Positions 51,412 through 63,533 of a stretch of DNA of 64,000 nt are shown here, one piece after another. Each line of letters opens with the position of its first letter. The stretch's first letter is position 1. A program made the translations under genes and the position numbers. The stretch is taken from NCBI GenBank assembly GCA_026770705.1, contig JANJGN010000004.1:117986001-118050000 (forward strand), in the 5' to 3' direction. The DNA is from Isurus oxyrinchus. Its lineage: Eukaryota. Under the pieces are notes generated by a model. The model saw only the letters and a list, made by a program, of their open reading frames with translations, made no database searches and was not told the DNA's origin.

Positions 51412-52649
51412 AAAACAAAGAAAACTGCGGATGCTGGAAATCCAAAACAAAAACAGAATTACCTGGAAAAACTCAGCAGGTCTGGCAGCATTGGCGGAGA
51501 AGAAAAGAGTTGACGTTTCGAGTCCTCATGACCCTTCGACAGAACTTGATTTCGAGTCCAAGAAAGAGTTGAAATATAAGCTGGTTTAAGGTGTGTGTGT
51601 GGGGGGGGAGGAGAGAGAGAGAGAGACAGAGGTGCTTGTGTAGACAAACAAGCAGTGATAGAAGCAGATCATCAAAAGATGTCAGTGACAATGGTGCAAA
51701 AGAACACATAGGTGTTAAAGTTAAAGTTGGTGATATTATCTAAATGAATGTGCTAATTAAGAATAGATGGTAGTGCTCAGCAAAGGACTTAGTTTCATAC
51801 CCTTATGAATTTCGGGCTCGGCATGATGCTGAACTCTTCTTTCGCCGTCTTCGTCTCCGGGCTCACTTCTTTGGGCAGGAGTCCTCTCCCAGTTCAACAG
51901 ATCCTTTTACTCATCTCCAATATTCTCCCTCCACCTGGACCCCTCCCTCTGGATTCTTACCTTCTCTTGATCTTTTCATTGAGAACTGTCGGCGCGACAT
52001 TAGTCGTCTCAATTTCTCTGCTCCTCTCACCCATTCTAACCTGTCTCTCTCTGAACTTACTGCACTCCATTCTCTCAGGTCCAACCCTGACATTGTCATC
52101 AAACCCGCTGACAAGGTTGGTGCTGTTGTTGTCTGGCGCACTGACCTCTACCTCGCGGAGGCTGAGCGTCAACTCGCAGACACTTCCTCCTACCTCTCCC
52201 TGGAATAACTTTAGGTCGTGAGCTCCCTCCCCCATCCCCACCCCCTTTCTGTTTCCCCCTTTTTTCCCCTTTTTTTCCCTATAAATTTTATAGATTTTTC
52301 TTTTCCCACCTATTTCCATTATTTTTTAAATATTTTAAAATCTTTTATGCTCCCCCCACCCCCACTAGAGCTGTACCTTGAGTGCCCTACCATCTATTCT
52401 TAATTAGCACATTCGTTTAGATAATATCACCAACTTTAACTTTAACACCTATGTGTTCTTTTGCACCATTGTCACTGACATCTTTTGATGATCTGCTTCT
52501 ATCACTGCTTGTTTGTCTACACAAGCACCTCTGTCTCTCTCTCTCTCTCCTCCCCCCCCACACACACACCTTAAACCAGCTTATATTTCAACTCTTTCTT
52601 GGACTCGAAATCAAGTTCTGTCGAAGGGTCATGAGGACTCGAAACTTCA
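51412..52649. mobile_element. Palindromic, internally deleted Penelope-like element with 14-bp TSD
   Basis: TSD ACTGTTTTATCTTG at 51398-51411 and 52650-52663. Inverted arms of 266 bp at 51508-51773 and 52387-52652. The spacer contains PLE ORF sequence homologous to 33428-33855. Confidence 0.93.
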
Positions 52650-53368
52650 ACTGTTTTATCTTGGTGCATTAGTCTTATTTGGCTGGCTATCTATGTATAT
52701 TTTCATTGATGGGTATAAATACCTGCATTTGATTGATGAACTATATTTCTACTACTGACCCTGGAATTTCCCATTAATACCACATTTGATTGATGACATG
52801 ATGTTTTAATAAATTTGTCCTAGATCTGAGTTTGCAAATCCAAAATCAAAACAGTGAAGCTGTGGCTGTGAATAGGGAAATGGTTTTCTTGGAAAGGCAG
52901 TAATTGGGGCACTTCAAAGTTATTTACAGCATTGAATTATTTTATTCTGTTAAAATGGATGGGTGTGAACATCACTGTTAAGAGTTGGAGTGAAACCACA
53001 GTAAAGGATTGGATGGGAACATAATCTGGCATAAGGTTACTCAGTGCCTTCTCCCTTAAACTACTGGGTTTGGATGGATGTGTTTGCACCATGAACCGTA
53101 CAATACTACCCTAGTTGCTGCTACTGAAATGGATGAATAAAAACATAAAGGAAAGATTGAGGATAGGCAGGGGCACACAGTGAGTACATGGACAGCAGAG
53201 GAGAGCATGACAAGGGAGAATACATTGAGAAATATAAAAAAAACTACAAATTAACCTGCAGAATAGGCAGATAATTAGCAAATGAGTTTCAACACAAATA
53301 AGGTTGAGGTGTTGTATTTTTTTTTAAAAAACAAGGAAACTTGGAAATTAAGGGCAGGATTGCACCTT

Positions 53369-53676
53369 TGTTGGACCCTGGTCACTAATTTAGTTGGACT
53401 GATGGATCCAGGTTGCAGTTTGTTTCGGGAGGGCCGAGTTGGTACCATAGACAGAGTAGATCAGCAGACAGTTCTTATGTAGATCACATTATTTATTTAC
53501 AAAGGAACTCAGCAGCTACACTTGTGTGCTTACAACTCAAACCCTCTCTCTACATTACAGACTCTAACTCTACTCCTACTGACTACTATGGTAACCTGCG
53601 CTACTCTGCTCTTGGAAGATCATATGAACTTCCATTATAATCTTCTTAAAGGTATATTACACATCAGATTACCACA
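53369..53676 (-). mobile_element. Solo LTR (308 bp)
   Basis: TG...CA termini, 5-bp TSD ACCTT at 53364-53368 and 53677-53681, and AATAAA on the minus strand near 53495. Confidence 0.7.
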
Positions 53677-55751
53677 ACCTTTCAGGGCAGGGACCTGACG
53701 TCTGATGTGAGTCCAGGTCTCAAATGCACTTGGAAGACCATGGGACTTCCACCTCAATTTTTACTAGTGGCAGCTCATGAATAAGCTGCAACTGGGTTTG
53801 CTGCCCTGTGCAGGTTGGCTACCCAACTAGAGCTGCCGGACCAATCAGAGGGCCAGCAGCTCAGCAGCACCACCAAGAACAGCGGTTACTGCTCAGGCAT
53901 GCAGGGGCTCTGAAGACTGGATGAGGTAGCCTGATATCTATGGAGGGGAAACTCTTGTGAATTAATCTCAGGCTGTCTTCACTGCCTGCCACCCCCTCTT
54001 TGAATGAAAAGTACCACCCCCACCCCACTCTCCCTTCAGCTTTTTGAATAGAAATTGACTTTGAAATAACTCCCAAATGTCTTGCACTTGCCAAAATTAA
54101 GTGTTGTACTGTTCAATTCACTCAAAAACAAAATTTTGATATCAAAATAATAGGTCAAGCAAATCTCAGAACAGCACAGTTATGTCTTGTGGTTCCCAGA
54201 AGTTCGAAATAATCACATTTTCAGACGCTATTACTGGAGCTAACACCAAATGTATTTTTTTCCAGATCTCTAAGTGCTGCAGAATAATACGTTGTCAGTT
54301 CAGAGCATAGACTGTAGTGCAGTATTGAATGATGTGGCATCCTGAATATTTGTGTATACATGCACATAGGAATATAGTCCCTGACTTTTTTTGACCAATC
54401 TAACAAGGACCCTGAAGTTTTGAGGTGTTTGGGAATTTAACATGATTCTGATTCCTAATTGGCTACCATCACAGTAGTTTTCTCATTAGAATTTACTAAA
54501 TGATTATTGAACTAATGAAAGCAGCAGGGTGGTGGACTTTAGGCAAGAGAAACAAAAGTCCTTGTGGTGTATGATTTAAGCAGCAGCCTTGGGCATGGAG
54601 GAGCCCTTGGGTATAAAACTTGCAGCCCCTGAATCCTGCGGTCAGAATTGTGAATGATGTACTGTCCAACTGCTTTTTGTCCCGGAAAAAAAAATTCTGT
54701 CGTTAAGAAAAGCTATTACAACAAATAGTCTGATACAATCTTATTTTCAATTCACTTTTCCTTTAACACGATAAGTTTTTAAAAAAAAACTTATGCATCA
54801 GCTGTCCAAGATGCATGCATGCAGGAAGCTGGCCATGTGTCATTTAACTAATTAAAGATATGCAAGGGTGTAATCTGGGCAAAATGGACTTAAAGTTAGG
54901 ACCTTGCATCTAAATGCTTTTTAACTAGATCAGCTGTATTACACATTGATGAAAAGTTGCTTTCTATAGTAATGAGGGAGGTTGTCTGCCAAAATTCGTG
55001 TTTATAGCAATTTGAAAAATAAATGTTGCTTACCATTACATTGTTGTTTAAAGCTCTCTGATGAATGTTATGTTCAAATCTGCTTATTAAATATTGCTAA
55101 ACTGGTTTGCTTTAAATGCATACTTTTTGTTTTTGAACTGTCATAAGTTTTAACTTGTTTGCCTAATTTAATTTCAGGAAAAGATTACAAGATTAATTTT
55201 CCGTAAGCTTTATTGGACCTCATTACATGTTGGGCTGTTTGGATTCTTAGAGCAAATAGTGCTACCCAGCAATGCTTTTTCTGCTGTTCACTAGTATTTT
55301 TATATTTTATGCAGTCCAACCCTCAATGTAGTTTCATTTCAGTCTTCTCTCTCTTATTCACTTTTGCCTTCTCCCTATCCAATGAATAATTACTGAAGTG
55401 TCATTTTTGTAAATTAGAGATTTCTTCACTTAAGCAATTACATTTGATAATATGGCATTAACTTTTTTCAGCTTGTTAAAACATCATATAATGAAATTAC
55501 GATGAACAGATAAAAAAAATTGTTTTATTCTATTGGAAGCCTACTGAGAAGAGAAATTGCTTTTCCAAATAAGACCCATTTAAAAAGTCTTGTGGGCTTG
55601 GGGGGATGGTGGGAGAATGGAAACAAAGTCAGAGTAAGTACAAAAACACACTCAAAGCAATAGAAACATTGTAGGAATTCAGTAACAGACGCAACAACTA
55701 ATTGTGTTTACAGTGATTAATATCAAAATGAATTTTATTGACAAACACCTT

Positions 55752-56432
55752 GGCCGGAGTTTCCCCCTCTGACATTTGGGATGGAATGGAGGTGGGGTAG
55801 CAAAAAAAATGGCCACCAAGCAACGCAACTGGAAATCCTATCTCCATTTCTGCCCTTTGCTGTTTTCCAAAGGTGGGGAAGGGAGCTAGCCTCTAAATTG
55901 GTCTGTTTCTATTTATATTGTTGTCGGCTCATTAAGAGTGCGTCCCTGGTAAGTTTTCCAATTTTCCGTGAGGTGGCCAATGATCAACAGCTGTCCGGAA
56001 TCAGACCAGCCTAGTGGAGGTGGGGAGGGGACAGGGTCGGCTATAAACCCATGCGAGAAGATGCAGTTCGAAATTGCATTGAAGAGCCTGAGCATGGCTG
56101 GGGCAGGGGGGCGGAGTCATGGTCTTACCCCATTTTAAAAAATGTGCCACCAGCCTCGCCTGTCCCAGGTTCCAGGCCTCCAACTGTCCTCCAAAAGTGG
56201 GAAATTTGTACTTTGAAAATTTTATCTGGAAATATTAATTTATGTGGTATGTTTCCCTTGTTTCCTGCCTCCATTTCTGCCCCCTTGCCTTTGGCACTAC
56301 ACCCGCCTCTAAGGTTATTGAAGCCCCGACCCCTGGAAAATCCTGCTTCCTGGAAGGCTGCTGACAGAGGCAGGTTAATGACCTGAATCGAAGCCGCCTC
56401 CCAATTCGTACTTCGGAGGGAAAAGTCCGGCC
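55752..56432. mobile_element. Harbinger-like MITE (second family)
   Basis: Imperfect inverted termini GGCCGGAGTTTCCC / GGGAAAAGTCCGGCC with the 3-bp direct repeat CTT on both sides. Confidence 0.65.
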
Positions 56433-57621
56433 CTTGTTTTTGTAAGAAAGGGGAGCACAGGAGCACGTGATGTGATTGCAAAAGGTTGAAAAATTTAGCA
56501 GCAGAAGGTGTAATATTATTTTTGACTTTGCTTTCTCTGGCAGTGTGTGTGTAAGGAGATGTAATTGCAGGCTTGTTTTTTAAAAAAAGGATTTGTTTAG
56601 TTTTAAGCCATCAGTTACAGGAGGACAATGGCAATAATTCGTTCAGCTGTTTTGATTGGCACACAGATTGAACGATGATTTGAAATATTTGGGCTGCTGG
56701 GAGCCATGTGCTTTGATTGTTTTTTCTCTCCTTGTGATACTGAGCTGTATTATGTGTGGGGCAATTTTACTAGTAGGAGGCAAAACTGCAGAAGTACAGA
56801 GCTTTTTTTTTTGAGCATGGCTTTGTATTATAAATGAGATCTGAATCAGTTTTGGCCTGAAGTAAACCACTGCAGGGACCAGGCCTGTACTGGGACCAAT
56901 TTGGAGGCGCAAAAGTGCAAACTGCAGATTTGCTGCCACATCAGTTTGATTCCACTTGGTGTACAAACTCACATACTGTTTGCACAAAAGGAGAGGGGAG
57001 AAGTTGAGTTTTTTGCTGATCGGTTACTTCATATGAACACCACTTTGAGTCAGAAATGTTAACAATCAACAGTTTGAATTGAACAATGGAACTTGGTTAA
57101 AGTAGGAGGACTCAATGAAAGCAAGATATAAATACAATAATGGATTTGTACTGCTCAAATCTGATCCAGACAATTGCAATCCAGCTGCTAGCAAAAATGT
57201 GAAAAATTCTAGGCTCTAAGTTAATATCAGCATAAGATGACCGATCTTTAGGGAAGATTTTATGATAAGACCAATTCAGAAACATCATAAAAGGAGAAAT
57301 TTTACTAGCCCAAAAGCGAATTTATTTTGACAAGGCTTTTTTTTTATATCTCAGTAGCTCATTGTAAATGACGGTAGATTTTCTGTCACATTTGACAGCT
57401 ATGGAAGTGACAATATAAAAACCCATGAACGAAAAAGCCCATTATGAATAAAACGGAAACACAAGAATTTTGAGCATGCGCAATGATATTCTCATGTGGA
57501 CAAATATAAAAGTATTAGTTTTGCATGTCCCTATCTAAATGAAACTGGCTGTGCATTTAGAAAATGACTTATGATGAAATTAGCTGTAAAACTTATCCAC
57601 TTATATTTATATTTGTTTCAG

Positions 57622-57711
57622 CTTAACAAAATGAAGGATTTATATGAGAAGATAAATGAACAGTGTGTGGCTTACAAAGAGTTAATCTGGTCACAAAATG
57701 CCAATCATGAG
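57622..57711 (+). CDS. CCDC171: CCDC171 coding exon 11: LNKMKDLYEKINEQCVAYKELIWSQNANHE
   Basis: CAG acceptor, GAG|GTAGGA donor, 90 nt, phase 0 to 0. Confidence 0.88.
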
Positions 57712-58659
57712 GTAGGAATTTAATTGATGTGTTAAACAGCTGTTCAGTTATTTAAAATAAATATTTGTTTTATACATAGCCTTTGAGTCTGACCCTCTGT
57801 GTCTGGCCTGCTACCTTCATTTAGCAAATATGATTTCTATATCATATTTTTGCTCTAAACGAAGTTAAGTTATGTTTTGGAAACTATTTGCATATTACCA
57901 ATGTTAAATTTAAGCAATTGTACCTAATCTCATTGTTGTTTTCGGGTTGGATTTATGCATGATAAAGATGCAGCAATTTATTTCCCTTAAGTTGCAATGA
58001 CAACTTTGAACTTGTGCAAGCAGAAAATCAAATTTTAAATCGGATTAGAGTGAGCACTGCAGTCTCTGATGATAGCTGTGGATGTATCCTTGACAGGCTC
58101 ACAATTAAAATGCTGAGTGCCAACAGATTCCATAAGACAGCGATCTTCACTATTTTTCAAGCAAGGGTCACTTTAGCAAAAAACCTGTAATGTGAGAGTC
58201 ACATTGACTACTATAATAGAAGCCATTGCCTGATTCGCCCCTGCTTGCAATAACACAAAGAAAGAAAGGACATTAATTGAACAGCAGAATACATTGTTCT
58301 TTCTAAGAAAATGCCTCCTACGCCGGCGCCCTCACACTTGCCCCCAGCTTCTCCTCCCCAGGACCCCACTCTATTGCACTCTGCTCTCTGGGCCCTGGTT
58401 GGAGGTGCTGGAGCTCTAGTTCCAGCAGCACTACATCACAGGTTGGGGAGCCACACTTAACATCAATGTGAGCCAGCAGTGGCTCATGGGTTTTGCAATG
58501 AAGACCACTGCCATTAGGGCACAAACAGGATTGAACTTCAAGTGGTGCACTTCACATTATTAATCTAAAGTTTTTGATCCAAGCCCAATAAGTAATTCTC
58601 TGTCTTTGGTGAATTATACCAAAGGCTTCACCGACAAATACTGGACTCCATCCAATTGC

Positions 58660-58928
58660 TAATAAAAATGGCAAGTGCTGGAAATACTCAGCAGGTCTGA
58701 CAGCATCTGTGGAGAGAGAAATAGAGTTAACGTTTCAAGTCAAATATTACTTCAGAATTGAAAGAAGGTAGAAATGTGATGGGTTTTATGTTGGTGGAAT
58801 GGGGAGGGGAAGGAAGAACAAAAGGGAAGCTCTGGGGCAGGGTAGAGGGCAGGTGTGATTACATGACAAAGATGTCATGGAACATAAGGCAAAGTATGTG
58901 GTAATGGTTGTAGTAAAGAAACAAAAGA
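58660..58928 (-). mobile_element. Penelope-like element 3' end
   Basis: gctggaaatactcagcaggtctgacagcatctgtggagagagaaatagagttaacgtttc tail with a hammerhead remnant (GAAACGTT-AACT on the minus strand). Confidence 0.85.
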
Positions 58929-59766
58929 GGGCTAGTTAGCTCAGTTGGCTAGATGGCTAGCATGTGATTCAGAATGACACCAATGTCTGTTCATTCAAAT
59001 CCAAGAAGCTTATCTTTGATGACTTGGCCCTTAATCGAGAAATAATCAAATATTGGGCTAACAGCCACTTCTGTGGACTCTCTGCTGTCTTGCACAATTT
59101 CTGTAACTAAATTTTAGACTTAAAATGGAAATATTTTATACTTTTTATAGTTTTGTATCCCCTTTTCATGGAATACTCAACATATGGTGGACTATTTAAA
59201 CCATTCAGCATTGCTAAGATGATAGAACTGGCAATCAGGAAGCATATTGCAGCCATATATGATTTTTCATAGATCTTGTTTCATGGTGAGCATTACATTT
59301 CCAAGCTTCATTATAAGAGGCTTGGAAATCCAAATCCGTTTCATCTGCCTCCAGCTTTACCCATTCTTTTTTGAGTTATCTTACATACTCTGCGTTTAGG
59401 AAAGCATTCTTGTGAACTGAAGTTAATGTCATGGAAAATGGCTCTGGTTTCTTCCAGAAGAATTAATGAGCTGCAGGTACTGGTAATAGAATAGCCCTTC
59501 GTTAGGTTGTGTACTAAGTTTCCACTTGAGGTGGCCTCAGAATTTCATCAGCATTAAGAAATTACCATCGCTTGTCTCGATCCTCTTCCCCCTAAAGTTT
59601 GAATTAAAGCACCAGTTTTGTTTTCTCTTTTTGCTAAAGGAGATGAAATGCTGGGATGGCAACATAAAAGTTTGATTTGATAACAAGTGCTGAAGATTTT
59701 TCAATTAGTGTTAAAGGTAGCCAAGAAGATCCCTGCTTCGAATTAATATAAACTCTTGTTCTTCAG

Positions 59767-59967
59767 AAAGTTCATGAAGACCTGACATCTGCTAATAAAA
59801 AGTTAAATCATTGGCGCAGTGAATGTTCTGAAAAAGATGCACTGATTGACACTATGAACATAGAGCTACAAAATGTGAAACATAACTTTGAGAGGGAGAA
59901 AAATTCCGTTGCTGAAGCGAAAAATGAAATTCAAAAACTTACAAGAGCTCATCAAAAGGATACAGAG
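59767..59967 (+). CDS. CCDC171: CCDC171 coding exon 12: KVHEDLTSANKKLNHWRSECSEKDALIDTMNIELQNV...AHQKDTE
   Basis: CAG acceptor, GAG|GTATTG donor, 201 nt. Matches human ...ELQNVLHCWEKEK...AFHKDAE as recalled. Confidence 0.94.
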
Positions 59968-60957
59968 GTATTGTGATGGATTGTAAAATAATCTCTTAAA
60001 TTGAATATTTGTTATTGCTTTGATGTGTGAAGCACCAATGTATATGGCCCATCCTCTTATTTATCGTTGCATGTGACAGCTCTCTCACTAAGTTAATTTA
60101 GCATTTGTGAGAAGTGCATTACACTCATTCACTTATATAATGATTAGTCTTTAGTTTTTGTTACTGTATAGGTAACAGACCTGATCTGAGGACTCATCGT
60201 TATGAAACATTTAATCTCCACAGAATTGAATGTGAGAATTTAAATTTTCTGATAGTTTGCTAGCAATACACTGTTTATCACTTGATAAACTTGTAGTCTT
60301 TATATTGCAATCATTAATATTTCATTGCAAATATGATCATGAATGTCCCCTGAGACCTGTCATAAACAAAAAAGAATAATATTGCCCTCATTTAGTTCAC
60401 TAAATATTATTTACACGCAGTCATTTCAGTCATATGAGAGCTCAAATGATGTTTAAACACCTCGAGTTTTGCTCTTCGAGGTCATGATGTTATCTAAAGT
60501 AAATAAGTTTTTGTCTTGTAATTACTCCTATGCTTAACTCTCTTGGCATGATTTAGCTGCCTGAAATATTTTTTCCAGCAAGCTGGGGAACTCTCCATTT
60601 ATTCACGTAACGGTTACTCTGAAATTGAGTGGCAAGCACAATGTCATGCAGAAATAAAGGAAAATTAACACCATTAGTAACATTACCACATTAAAAAATA
60701 ATTTTATAATCTAGAACAGAACTCTGTTTGTAAAACATAATTTTGAAATATGGCTAAAAGAACTGTGATTAGGGCTTTATGGGTGTAAAGTGCAATTGAA
60801 AGCCTGCATTTAATATTTTCAGATTGAATACATGTGAATATTGTCACCATTTAGAGACTTTCATGTTTTTGAGAAGAATAAATGTTGACTTTTACATGCA
60901 AAATTTGGGGAGATTTTTGTTGCATACATCAGACCGAAAAACAGTATGATTGGCTTA

Positions 60958-61078
60958 CAGTGGTGTGGTGGAGTAGTAGTAATGCTACTGGACTAAGGAT
61001 CCAGAGGCCCAGACTAATCTCTGGGGTCTTGAGTTCAAATCCCACGATAACAGCTGGTAGGATTTAAATTCAATTGAT
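60958..61078 (+). mobile_element. tRNA-derived SINE head
   Basis: A box-like start and B box GAGTTCAAATCC at ~61031. Confidence 0.6.
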
Positions 61079-61129
61079 AAGCATTAAATAAAAAATTATA
61101 TTTTAGAAATGTCTATTTTTGAAAATTCA

Positions 61130-61285
61130 AAAAGAAAGACTTGTATTTATATAGTGCTTTTCTTACATGGTGCTTTTCATGGCCACTCGTGTCAAAGCAC
61201 TTTATAGCCAATGAAGTACTTTTGGAGCGAAGTTGTTGTTGTAATGTAGGAGACATAGTCGAACAATGATTAAGATAACCAGAAA
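61130..61285 (-). mobile_element. Deu-domain SINE / L2-type tail fragment
   Basis: aaagacttgtatttatatagtgc...caaagcactttatagccaatgaagtactttt matches 32645-32750. Confidence 0.7.
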
Positions 61286-61505
61286 TGTACATCAGTTTGT
61301 TTCAGAATCACAGAATTGTTACAGCGCAGAAGGGAGCCATTTGGCCCATTGTGTCTGCATCGGCTCTCCAAATGAGCAATTCCCCTTCAAAATGACAAAA
61401 TTGCAACTATATTCTTTCTAGAGTTTTTTTTTCCAATTGAACTTATTTTTTCTACCCATATCCAATTGTTTAAGATGTTAGGCAGGTGATTTGGCTGTGC
61501 AGCTC

Positions 61506-61853
61506 TGCAGACTGGCACATTCCAAGGTCCAGGACTACATGCTGGTCACTGTCTAAGACCTTTCTGCCATAGTGCACCAAGGGGCTGGGAATCGTAGAGA
61601 CCCCCTTAGGCTGTATGACTTACATTTAGTAGTCACTGCATTCATTCAATGTATCACAATTGTAGTGAAGCACCTCAGAGTGGAACATGATCCATGTCGA
61701 TAGCTTGAATACCATTGCACTGTCTGGCTGTCTGCAATGATCATGTCGAAATGTCTATAATGTTCATTGATTGTATTGAATGATCAATTCAGCATCACAG
61801 GATGATCTATGATCTATGCAGAAAACTGGAATATGATTGCACATTTTGTGATG
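61506..61853 (+). mobile_element. Tx1/L1-clade LINE 3' fragment
   Basis: Reverse-complement homologue of 61939-62271. Confidence 0.85.
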
Positions 61854-61870
61854 TTTTTATGCCACTACTT

Positions 61871-63533
61871 TTTATTGGCAAAAATATACTTTATTCATAA
61901 AATATCTGAAAGAACATTACAAAACATTTCAAAATGGCCATCACAAAAGGTGCAATCATATTCCAGTTTTCATCCTATGGATGCTGAATTGATCATTCAA
62001 TACAATCAATGAACATTATAGACATTTCAACATGATCGTTACAGAGAGCCAGACAGCGCAATGGTATTCAAGCTGTCGACATGGATCATGTTCCACTCTG
62101 AGGTGCTTCACTACAATTGTCATACATTTAGTAGTCACTGCATACATTCAATGTAAGTCATACAGCCTGAGGGGGGTCTCTTCAATTCCCAGCCCCTTGG
62201 TGCACTATGGCAGAAAGGTCTTAGACAGCGACCAGCATATAGTCCTGGACCTTGGAATGTGCTAGTCTGCAACACTCACTCGGGGACAACTCTTTGCACT
62301 GGCAGGTCAACAAGTTTCGGGCAGACCAAAGAGCGTCTTTCACCGAGTTGATGATCCTCCAGCTGCAGTTGATGTCTGTCTTGGTGTGTGTCCCTAGGAA
62401 CAGCCTGAAGAGCACAGAGTCCTGAGTCACGGAACTGCTCGGGAAGAACCTCGACAAAAACCACTGCATCTCTCTCCAGACCTTCTTTCCAAAGTCACAT
62501 TCCACAAGGAGGTGAACAACGGTCTCTTCTGCACCACAGCCATCTCGAGGGCAGCGTGTGGAGGGGGTGAGACTCCTGACGTATAGGAAGATCTGATGGG
62601 GTGGGCCTTTCTCACCACCAGCTTGGTGCTTGTTGGAAAGTTCTGGCGATGAGGTATTCTGCCAAATGACTTTGATAGACTAATCGGGAAACCAATCCAA
62701 CAGGATTCACCATCTCCTTTGACCCTCAGGGCCTCTAGAACATTGCGTGCCAACTACTGCCTGATGGACTTGTGGTCAAAGATGTTTCTCTGCATAAATC
62801 TTTCCACAGGTAGTACAGCACGGTCCAAATACTTGGGGTACATGGATGATGTCACCGTCTTCTGCTTGGATCCGCTGTCGGTGTGCAGACTAGCAACATC
62901 TGCAACCAGTTTGAGTTGACCTCTGGAGCCAAGGTAAATCGTGGCAAGAGCAAGGCCATGTACTTTAGGAACTGGGCTGACCGATCCTTTGACCTGACGG
63001 TGAAGGGGACAGACTGCCTGAAGGTGCTGGGATATGGTTCAGAGGGACCAGGGCATGCATAAGAAACTGGAAGGAGCGAGTGGCTATGGTGAAAAGAAAA
63101 CTGGACATGTGGGAGCGACGCTCCCTCTCCATTGTGGGTGAAAACTTGGTATCAGGTGTGAGGCATTCTTGGTGTCGCTGTACGTGGCGCAGGTCTGGCT
63201 CATTCCTCACTCCTGCGTGATGGCAATCACTTGAGCCATCTTTCGCTTTATCGGGAGGTCAAAAATGGTTTGTCTTCGCCTGGACACAATGTACAAGCCT
63301 CTAGATAAAGGGGGAAAAAGCGTGTCGAACATCGCCCTCATCCTGATGGCTACCTTTGTGTGTGGCTGCATCAAGCTGTGCGTAGACCCTCGGTACGCAA
63401 ACACCAAGTGTCACTGCGTGCTGAGGTTCTACCTGTCCCTGGTGTTGCGAAGGATGGGTCTGGCCATGCTGCTGTGGAACACTGTAAGTAGTTGGACCGT
63501 GTCCCACCTGTCCCTTGTGGAAAAATTTATGCA
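61871..63533 (-). mobile_element. Tx1/L1-clade LINE with 5' inversion and 17-bp TSD
   Basis: Minus-strand 3' part (AATAAA tail; ECDFGKKVWREMQWFLSR...KDALWSARN) to ~62835, then a plus-strand RT part (YMDDVTVF, GAKVNRGKS, LKVLGIWF, KPLDKGG). TSD TTTTTATGC(C/A)ACTACTT at 61854-61870 and 63534-63550. Confidence 0.88.

Noticed and set aside
51459-52758. Identical peptides on opposite strands in the ORF track, suggesting duplicated genes
   Set aside because: They arise from the non-coding inverted arms of the palindromic Penelope insert.
58928-58985. tRNA gene
   Set aside because: Only an A-box-like 5' part is present, with no T-arm or cloverleaf; it is a SINE head fragment. The same applies to 60958-61078.
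59400-59477. Extra cassette exon (AG at 59398-59399, CAG|GTACTG donor)
   Set aside because: It has an in-frame TGA and a weak donor, and the flanking exons already join in frame.
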